A stretch of 64,000 nucleotides of DNA from Minisyncoccia bacterium (GTDB lineage Bacteria; Patescibacteriota; Minisyncoccia; SW-4-49-11), in the NCBI GenBank assembly GCA_044356325.1, contig JBIKWJ010000001.1, positions 152,992 to 216,991 on the forward strand, in the 5' to 3' direction. The notes under the pieces were generated by a model. That model did not search any database. It worked only from the letters and a program-made list of their open reading frames with translations, and was not told the DNA's origin. Within the stretch, counting starts at the first letter, position 1. The number at the start of each line of letters is the position of its first letter. A program made the position numbers and the translations under genes. This document shows positions 57,375 to 64,000 of this stretch, piece after piece.

Positions 57375-58067
57375 ATGCGTTTCGATATATTAACTCTTTT
57401 TCCAGAAATTATTACTCCTTATATCAATAATGGAGTAATTGGAAGAGCCCAAAATCTCAAACAAAGCATTGAAGTTGGTATTCACAATATACGAGATTAT
57501 ACTCATAATCCTCATAACAAAGTTGATGATACTCCATTTGGAGGAGGAGCAGGTATGATATTACAAATAGAACCTATTTATGAAGCCCTTGCTTCGATTA
57601 TTGGTAAATATCCAGCCACAAAAAAACATATTATTTTAACAAAGGCAGGAGCCCCCATATTTAATCAACAAAAAGCTATCTCACTGGGAGACACCTATAA
57701 TCATATTATTTTTATTTGTGGTAGATATGAGGGAGTTGATTCAAGAGTAGAACAATATTTGACGAATGAATCGCTCTCTATTGGACAATTTGTTTTAACT
57801 GGAGGAGAATTACCTGCACTTGTAATGCTTGATGCTATTTCTCGACATATTCCTGAAGTACTTGGGAATCAAGAATCTTTAACTGAAGAATCTTGGACGA
57901 ATACTGACACCAAAGAATACCCCCATTATTCCCGTCCTGCTGTATTTATTCCCCCTAATCCCCAATTAGTGAATCCTGATGCTCCAGCTAATTGGGAAGT
58001 TCCCGAAATACTATTATCAGGAAATCATCAAGCTATAGAATCTTGGAGAAAAGAACAAAGAATATAA
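57375..58067 (+). CDS. trmD: tRNA (guanine37-N1)-methyltransferase
   Basis: 230 aa. MRFDILTLFPE N-terminus and SPOUT-knot motifs. Confidence 0.9.
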   Translation: MRFDILTLFPEIITPYINNGVIGRAQNLKQSIEVGIHNIRDYTHNPHNKVDDTPFGGGAGMILQIEPIYEALASIIGKYPATKKHIILTKAGAPIFNQQKAISLGDTYNHIIFICGRYEGVDSRVEQYLTNESLSIGQFVLTGGELPALVMLDAISRHIPEVLGNQESLTEESWTNTDTKEYPHYSRPAVFIPPNPQLVNPDAPANWEVPEILLSGNHQAIESWRKEQRI

Positions 58068-58091
58068 TATCTTTTCGAATCAAAAGATATA

Positions 58092-58100
58092 TGCTATAAT
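58092..58100 (+). promoter_or_regulatory. Extended -10 promoter TGCTATAAT
   Basis: 24 bp upstream of ORF 58124. Confidence 0.45.
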
Positions 58101-58123
58101 TAACTCGAAATACCAATATATTT

Positions 58124-58600
58124 ATGGCTAAACAAAAAAAATCATCCCTGTATCAATATCAAGCTTTAGAGTTTGATAAGTATCAAAAAACTCCTACTTG
58201 GTATGTTCTTTTTGGTATTATAGGTATTCTTCTTTTGGTATATGCAATATTCACGCGATCCCCAATGATGTTTGTGGTATTTGTTTTAACCTTTATTGTT
58301 ACTCTATTAATATCCAGTAAAGATCCTAAATATATTACTGTTGAAATCACAGAAACAGGTATTAATTTAGACTCCAAAAGAACATTTCAATATCAAGACA
58401 TTGAATCATTTGGAGTTTTTATAAGACAAGATGTCAGATTTATATCTTTGCATATGGCAACAGGAGTAATAACCAATGCTCGTATTCCTCTTGGAAAAGA
58501 AAATCCTGATGATATTGCTGATATACTGGAGCAATTCATCCCCAGAGAAGATGGAAAAGAATCATTTTTTGACACTTTAGATCATTTTCTTAAAATTTAA
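58124..58600 (+). CDS. Membrane protein with two N-terminal TM helices and a PH-like soluble domain
   Basis: 158 aa. Confidence 0.35.
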   Translation: MAKQKKSSLYQYQALEFDKYQKTPTWYVLFGIIGILLLVYAIFTRSPMMFVVFVLTFIVTLLISSKDPKYITVEITETGINLDSKRTFQYQDIESFGVFIRQDVRFISLHMATGVITNARIPLGKENPDDIADILEQFIPREDGKESFFDTLDHFLKI

Positions 58601-58601
58601 T

Positions 58602-58678
58602 GTACCTATAGCTCAGTTGGATAGAGCGCAGGTTTGCGGAACCTGAGGTCAGAGGTTCGAACCCTCTTAGGTACACCA
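58602..58678 (+). tRNA. tRNA-Arg (anticodon read as GCG), CCA encoded
   Basis: GTACCTATAGCTCAGTTGGATAGAGCGCAGGTuuGCGgaACCTG...GGTTCGAACCC...TAGGTACACCA. The anticodon-loop assignment assumes a 5-bp stem caggt/acctg. Confidence 0.75.
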
Positions 58679-58689
58679 ATATCATATAT

Positions 58690-60816
58690 ATGAATGTTCT
58701 CTATACCCCCATTGAAAATCTAAAACCAAAACCTACTTCAAGATTGATTAGTAGTTTTCATAAATTAGGAATTTTTACTCTTTCTCAGCTTCTCCTTTAT
58801 CCACCCAAAAAATTTATTAATTATACTCATTTTCAGACATTAGATAATATTAATAATATTCCTTCGGGAACTCCTGCTGTATTTGAAATAACTATTATCC
58901 ATAAAAAATCAACTCGCCTAAGAGGGCGTAATCTTATTTTGGGAGAAATCACCATACAAGATAAAACTGACCAATATTCTATTACCCTCTTTAATCAAAA
59001 ATTATTACTTGAGTCTCTGCAAATAGGTTCACAATATGCCCTATCAGCTATCATAAAGCCTGGAACTAAATCCCCTCTTAGTAATATTAGTTTTGAGCGA
59101 ATATTACCGCAAAAAATCCTATTACATTCTCATCGCCTGGTACCTATTTACCCGGAAACCTTTGGTATCACGTCAAAAATGCTCAGATATCGTATTGATC
59201 TTGCTATTAAGCAATTTGGACTATTACCTGAAACCTTACCCGAATGGGTTTTACAACAAGCTCATATTCCTGATATTAATACTACTATTCAGTATTTACA
59301 TTATCCAAAGAATACCGATAATATTCATCAAGCAAAACAAAGGCTAATATTTGAAGAGGCTTTTATTATGCAATTATATATTGCCAAACAAAAACTTCTT
59401 TTTCAATCTAAATATGCGCCCATATTGACATCTCAAACAGATAAAATTCAAGAATTTATTCATAAACTCCCTTTTGATTTAACCAAGGCTCAGCAAAAAT
59501 CCATACAAGAAATCCTTGATGATATTGCTAAACCCTCACCTATGAATAGATTATTGGAAGGAGATGTTGGTACAGGGAAAACTATTGTCGCAACAATAGC
59601 TATGCTTAATTCTTATTTTAATAAAGCTCAATCAGTATTGATGGCACCAACCGAAATATTGGCCACTCAACATTTTGAAGGAATTACCAAATTAACACAA
59701 AATATAAGCTCTCCTCCCATTATGGCATTAATCACCTCAAAAGAATCTCGTATATCTACTGATATTGAGCTTGGCTCCTGGATTACTATTCCCAAAAAAG
59801 AATTATTACGTAAAATCGCAAGAGGAAATATTGATATTATTATTGGGACTCACAGTGTTATTACTGAGCAATTACACTATCACAATTTGGCTCTGGTTAT
59901 AGTAGATGAGCAACATAGATTTGGCGTCAAGCAAAGAGCAGAATTACAAACAATGATTAGTAAAACCAAAGATAAAAGCCCAGAGACAATTTCTCATCTC
60001 TTGAGTATGACAGCAACCCCAATTCCTCGAACTTTAGCCCTCAGTATATATGGTGATTTAGATATATCTCTATTAGATGAATATCCAGCCGGAAGAAAAC
60101 TCATTAAAACCAAATTAGTACCTCCATCCAAAAGATCAGAGGCCTATACCTTTATACGCAAACATATACAATCAGGTAGACAAGCTTTTGTAGTATGTCC
60201 CAAAATTGAAGCCGATGAAGAATCTGATATCAAATCAGTAGAAGAGACTTTTGTCGACTTATCTCAGAATATATTTCCCGATCTTAAAATCAATATGATG
60301 CATGGAAAGATGAAAACTACTGAAAAAGATAGTATTATTCAAGATTTTAAAAATAAAAAGTTTGATATACTTGTTGCTACTTCAGTGATAGAAGTTGGTA
60401 TTGATATACCCAATGCGAGTATTATGGTAATAGAAGGAGCGGAACGCTTTGGACTAGCTCAATTACATCAATTCAGAGGGAGAGTTGGCCGTGGAGAATA
60501 TCAATCATTTTGCTTTCTTTTTGAAACAGGTGAACAAGAAGTCTCTATGAATCAAAGGTTAAAGGCAATTGAAAAAGCTAATAATGGATTCGAGCTAGCA
60601 GAAAAGGATTTAGCAATTAGAGGCCCAGGTCAATTCATTGGATCCAATCAAAGTGGAATATCAGATATTAGTATGGAGGCACTCCTTAATAAAGATATTA
60701 TCGTACAAACTCGTAATATCTCACAAGAAATCCTAAGACAAGATACTACACTTAATACCTATCCTGAATTAAAATCTCGCCTATCCCATTTTGAAGATAC
60801 CGTACATTTTGAATAA
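58690..60816 (+). CDS. recG: ATP-dependent DNA helicase RecG
   Basis: 708 aa. Wedge domain, Walker A GDVGTGKT, DEQH box and helicase C-terminal motifs QFRGRVGRG. Confidence 0.85.
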   Translation: MNVLYTPIENLKPKPTSRLISSFHKLGIFTLSQLLLYPPKKFINYTHFQTLDNINNIPSGTPAVFEITIIHKKSTRLRGRNLILGEITIQDKTDQYSITLFNQKLLLESLQIGSQYALSAIIKPGTKSPLSNISFERILPQKILLHSHRLVPIYPETFGITSKMLRYRIDLAIKQFGLLPETLPEWVLQQAHIPDINTTIQYLHYPKNTDNIHQAKQRLIFEEAFIMQLYIAKQKLLFQSKYAPILTSQTDKIQEFIHKLPFDLTKAQQKSIQEILDDIAKPSPMNRLLEGDVGTGKTIVATIAMLNSYFNKAQSVLMAPTEILATQHFEGITKLTQNISSPPIMALITSKESRISTDIELGSWITIPKKELLRKIARGNIDIIIGTHSVITEQLHYHNLALVIVDEQHRFGVKQRAELQTMISKTKDKSPETISHLLSMTATPIPRTLALSIYGDLDISLLDEYPAGRKLIKTKLVPPSKRSEAYTFIRKHIQSGRQAFVVCPKIEADEESDIKSVEETFVDLSQNIFPDLKINMMHGKMKTTEKDSIIQDFKNKKFDILVATSVIEVGIDIPNASIMVIEGAERFGLAQLHQFRGRVGRGEYQSFCFLFETGEQEVSMNQRLKAIEKANNGFELAEKDLAIRGPGQFIGSNQSGISDISMEALLNKDIIVQTRNISQEILRQDTTLNTYPELKSRLSHFEDTVHFE

Positions 60817-62103
60817 TTATTCTTTCCAATTCCAATCAGTATTAATATACTCGGATACTTGTTTTGATTTTGGTTTATAATCTAAATTAAATTCAAACCC
60901 TGCAATACCCGGCTGTTTTTGAATTTGCAAACTATATTGCTGAGGTTTGGGAATACTATAATCAATTATAATATCTTTATCCCCATTAAATGGAATTTTT
61001 ATTTGAAATCCTGCTATTTTTTTATCATATTCACTACTATAATCAATTTTATCTTTGTCTATACCAGTAATATTTGTAATAAAGGCATTTTTTGGTAAAA
61101 TCACTCTCGTATATGACTTATAGTCATTATTGAGAGGAGAAGCAGTTTTTGCGGTATTATTATACTGTATGGTAATTTTGGAACATAATTTATCCCCACA
61201 GCTATCAACTATTTTATTAATATTTCTCTTCATATAATAATCTGTCTTGAGAGCTCCTAAATTAGCATCAACCAACATAAAATAATCATTATCCCCATTA
61301 TTCTCAATCATCCCATCCCAATTCAAATTCTCAATTTTATTCTGCACTTTTTGATCTGAACTCCATAGCAATAATTGTTTTTGATTAGCCTGTTCTATAA
61401 GTATATTCGCAAGGGTATATAATGTTTGAGGAGAAGATTTGCGAATTTTATTTTCTACTTCAGCTGCTAAATTTTTAATAGGCTCTTTACGGTCAGCACG
61501 ACTAATCCCCTTATCAATAAATCCAAAATTTAACTCATATTGTACTGCTAATAATACATTATCAGAATTTAATTCTCCCTCTATTCCCTCAACATTAACT
61601 GGGCCAATAATTTTTAGTATTTCTGGTAAAATAGAGGCATTAATTGCTATAACCCCATTTATATTCTGTGTACCACCCTCTAATTTATATAAATCAATCA
61701 TTTGTTTTGCCGTAATGGGAAAATCTGGAGACCAATTCCCATCTCTCATTTGAATTTGATTTACCCCAAGCATATCTTTGAATGGCTCGGGAGCATTAAT
61801 ACCAGGTTTTCCATAATCAAAAGCATTCGTATTATAAATAGTATACTTTTTCACTTTTCCTTTACTCAAAGTAACTTCTGCAAAATTCCCTACAAATCCC
61901 CCCGTTGGTCTTAGCTCTAAAGTATTTTGGAATAATACTAAATAGGTGACATCTCCCTGCTTTTGTATAGCTTGAGCCAAACTAATCTCCTGTCTATATT
62001 GAGCCCAAATAATGCCCCCAAGAATAAATACTATACTGATTAGTATCAATACTATAATACCTAATATGGTAAAAATTCTCTTTTTGGGAGAAACTTTTTT
62101 CAT
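60817..62103 (-). CDS. N-terminally anchored extracytoplasmic protein (DUF4012-like)
   Basis: 428 aa. A single TM then an ELRPTGGFVG motif that I associate with DUF4012 proteins. Adjacent to a glycosyltransferase. Confidence 0.4.
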   Translation of the reverse strand: MKKVSPKKRIFTILGIIVLILISIVFILGGIIWAQYRQEISLAQAIQKQGDVTYLVLFQNTLELRPTGGFVGNFAEVTLSKGKVKKYTIYNTNAFDYGKPGINAPEPFKDMLGVNQIQMRDGNWSPDFPITAKQMIDLYKLEGGTQNINGVIAINASILPEILKIIGPVNVEGIEGELNSDNVLLAVQYELNFGFIDKGISRADRKEPIKNLAAEVENKIRKSSPQTLYTLANILIEQANQKQLLLWSSDQKVQNKIENLNWDGMIENNGDNDYFMLVDANLGALKTDYYMKRNINKIVDSCGDKLCSKITIQYNNTAKTASPLNNDYKSYTRVILPKNAFITNITGIDKDKIDYSSEYDKKIAGFQIKIPFNGDKDIIIDYSIPKPQQYSLQIQKQPGIAGFEFNLDYKPKSKQVSEYINTDWNWKE

Positions 62104-62106
62104 ATA

Positions 62107-63288
62107 TTAATATTTCAAAGCTTCCGTAACCTGAATACCCGCCCCACGATATATACGAGAATTTCTATGATATACATTCTCAAGTGCTTTTACAATATGA
62201 TTCCAAGAATAATAATAGCGTATTTCTTCTTGTAATATATCAGCCATTTCTAAAGCACCTCTATAATCTCCCAATACATACTCTAATTGATGTTTGAGAG
62301 ATGAAATACTATTAACTCGAGCAATATGCCCAAGATCCCCTACAATTTCAATATTTTCTCGAATATCCGATACCACAACTGGTATTCCATAACTACCCGC
62401 CTCCAAAAGAGAAATAGATAATCCTTCTGAAGATGAAGGTAATACATAAATAGATGCATTCGCAAATAATTGTTTCAGGGTTCTCCCTAATTGATGTCCA
62501 GTAAATATAATATTCTTATCTCCTTTTGCTAATACATGAAGATACTGCTCATATTCTGTTGTATAAGAAGGTCCCCCTACAATAACTAATTTTTTCCCGT
62601 ATTTGTGGGCCATTTGCTGATAAGCTTGTATCAAAATATGTGCATTTTTATGCTTTACTAATCTTGCAATAAATACAATATATTCTTGCTTCTTGAGACC
62701 AAATTGAGCTATCTCTGAATCTGAACTGATATGATTAAATACCGTACCATTTGGTATATAAGTAGCCTTAATATCAAATTCCCGAGATATAAAATAGCGT
62801 AAACTTTTAGAAACCGTGACTACTTCATCAGCAAAATGACATCCAATCCAAGCTCCTAATTTTAACATTGACTTAGCAAAAAGATTCCATTTTCCATGAT
62901 ACCAATCAGCACTATGAAAAGTGAATACCACCTTGGTATATTTATATCCAAAAAGATATTTGATACCGAATCCAAGCCTTGCAAATGGAGTTAATAAAGC
63001 AGGTCCCACCGAATTAATATGAATTACATCCAAATTGGGGATAAAAAAGCTATTCCAAATAGAAGTAAATGTATGAGTAATAGCATCTAGACTTTTGGTT
63101 GCAATAGAGGGAGTTGCAATCACCTGAACTCCTTTATAATTACCCTCCGGAGCATAAGCTTTACGGGTATACACAATAATATTATGACCCCGTCGAGCAA
63201 GTCTTACTGCAATATGGTCAACATAATTCTCTACACCACCACCAGCTGAGGCAGGAATACCTTTTTGACCTATAAAAGCAATTTTCAT
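62107..63288 (-). CDS. Glycosyltransferase, GT4 family
   Basis: 393 aa. Gly-rich N-terminal acceptor domain. C-terminal EGLSISLLEAGSYGIPVVVSD GT4 motif. Confidence 0.75.
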   Translation of the reverse strand: MKIAFIGQKGIPASAGGGVENYVDHIAVRLARRGHNIIVYTRKAYAPEGNYKGVQVIATPSIATKSLDAITHTFTSIWNSFFIPNLDVIHINSVGPALLTPFARLGFGIKYLFGYKYTKVVFTFHSADWYHGKWNLFAKSMLKLGAWIGCHFADEVVTVSKSLRYFISREFDIKATYIPNGTVFNHISSDSEIAQFGLKKQEYIVFIARLVKHKNAHILIQAYQQMAHKYGKKLVIVGGPSYTTEYEQYLHVLAKGDKNIIFTGHQLGRTLKQLFANASIYVLPSSSEGLSISLLEAGSYGIPVVVSDIRENIEIVGDLGHIARVNSISSLKHQLEYVLGDYRGALEMADILQEEIRYYYSWNHIVKALENVYHRNSRIYRGAGIQVTEALKY

Positions 63289-63389
63289 AATAATATGAAT
63301 AGTAAGATAATCACTTTATATAATAGCATATTTCATCCTAAATGTCAAAAGTTTTCAACAGGTGAAATAAAAGAAAAACTCACCCCAAG

Positions 63390-63596
63390 CTAGAGGTGAG
63401 TATATATGATTAAAGCAATATCTCCTACAAATAACCCTGTCAGTACCCCTAAAAAAAGAGAAAAGGTGCTCATTAAGAAATAAGATTTTTCTTGGTGATG
63501 AAGCTCATCTGATAGAGGTTCTTCTTCAGTGATAATATTCTTTGCAATTAAAACTATAGAGATAGCTAAAAGTACAAGAATAGGATTGCGTCGCAT
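63390..63596 (-). CDS. Possible small two-TM membrane peptide
   Basis: 68 aa. Weak call based on ORF and hydrophobicity only. Confidence 0.2.
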   Translation of the reverse strand: MRRNPILVLLAISIVLIAKNIITEEEPLSDELHHQEKSYFLMSTFSLFLGVLTGLFVGDIALIIYTHL

Positions 63597-63645
63597 GAGA
63601 TTAAAGAGCAGGAGTAAAATCTATTATACCCTATATTATCACAAA

Positions 63646-63680
63646 ATAAAAATCCCCAGCTACAAAGCAACTGGGGACAT
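63646..63680 (-). terminator. Rho-independent terminator downstream of the GC-rich edge gene
   Basis: On the minus strand, ccccag-ttgctttgtag-ctgggg is followed by atttttattttg. Confidence 0.5.
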
Positions 63681-63756
63681 AGAGTAAAACCAGAAATGGT
63701 CAAGGCGACTGCTCCCCGTGAGGGGTTAGTTGCTATCATTTTAGGTTTACGAGAAA

Positions 63757-64000
63757 CTAGAAACGGATGCCGGCGCGAAGCTTGGCGACAAGGCCATCAC
63801 CGGAGGTGCCCGAGTTGTACCCGAGAACACCTTCAGTATAGGCATTCTTGCCGATGCCGACCTGGAGACCACCGCCCACTTGGACATTGTGGTAGCTATA
63901 ACCGACCTCTCCTCGGACTTCCCCGAAGGGACGCAGCTGACCACTCTTGGTCAGATAATACCGGCCATAGCCATTGGCATAGGTTCCGGTATTGTTCACA
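63757..64000 (-). CDS. C-terminal fragment of an outer-membrane beta-barrel-like protein (gene continues past the window edge)
   Basis: 80-aa partial. Gly/Tyr-rich alternating pattern ending ...LRAGIRF with a terminal Phe. The segment is about 58% GC, against about 30% elsewhere. Confidence 0.35.
   Translation of the reverse strand, partial: VNNTGTYANGYGRYYLTKSGQLRPFGEVRGEVGYSYHNVQVGGGLQVGIGKNAYTEGVLGYNSGTSGDGLVAKLRAGIRF

Noticed and set aside
58602-58678. Reading the tRNA at 58602 as tRNA-Arg(ACG), the common bacterial isoacceptor
   Set aside because: The anticodon loop as it folds reads uuGCGga, so GCG. This is kept as tRNA-Arg with an unusual G34, pending tRNAscan confirmation.
63757-64000. 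Calling the GC-rich edge ORF a porin or OmpA with a gene symbol
   Set aside because: Only 80 C-terminal residues are visible. The beta-barrel signature is generic, so no family-level assignment is justified.

Overview
This is an AT-rich window (about 30% GC) with short intergenic spacers and the standard genetic code, since long ORFs read through TGA. The gene content fits a reduced-genome, monoderm, possibly episymbiotic bacterium such as a Patescibacteria/CPR lineage like Saccharibacteria. That lineage call is inference only.

Housekeeping genes I can recognise are aspS, glyA, folD, murC, murG, uppS, mltG, ligA, recG, trmD, khpA, tsaD and msrA. There are also several GT4 glycosyltransferases, a complete type IV pilus locus (pilM/N/O, pilB, a REC-domain gene, pilT, pilC, a major pilin, pilD and 4-5 minor-pilin-like genes) diverging from comFC, and five tRNA genes (2x Ser, Pro, Ile, Arg).

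The non-core signals, roughly in order of interest:
- A family of roughly 210-295 bp GC-rich (about 55% GC) hairpin-dense repeats with about 22 bp terminal inverted repeats: two full copies, one with an internal 105-bp insertion and no right TIR, one diverged single-TIR copy and one solo TIR, all in intergenic positions.
- Both tRNA-Ser genes are followed by a GC-rich insert of about 170-185 bp and then a duplicated copy of the tRNA 3' end. This looks like an att-type integration scar.
- A five-gene secreted/membrane operon containing a VirB6/TrbL-like polytopic protein and a PrgI (VirB3)-like protein, with no VirB4 or VirD4 ATPase in the window.
- Two adjacent secreted peptidoglycan-hydrolase candidates (a PGRP-type amidase and an RlpA-like domain) that share a ~57-aa tandem repeat module.
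- Pilus-linked proteins with an apparent fibrinogen-related lectin-like domain, a (TP)n tandem repeat and a Cys-rich domain.
- Several conserved intergenic motifs and a perfect 15-bp palindromic candidate operator.
- A sharp switch to GC-rich sequence in the last ~300 bp, encoding an outer-membrane beta-barrel-like C-terminus.

I could run no searches. All functional calls come from motif and architecture recognition in the translated ORFs.
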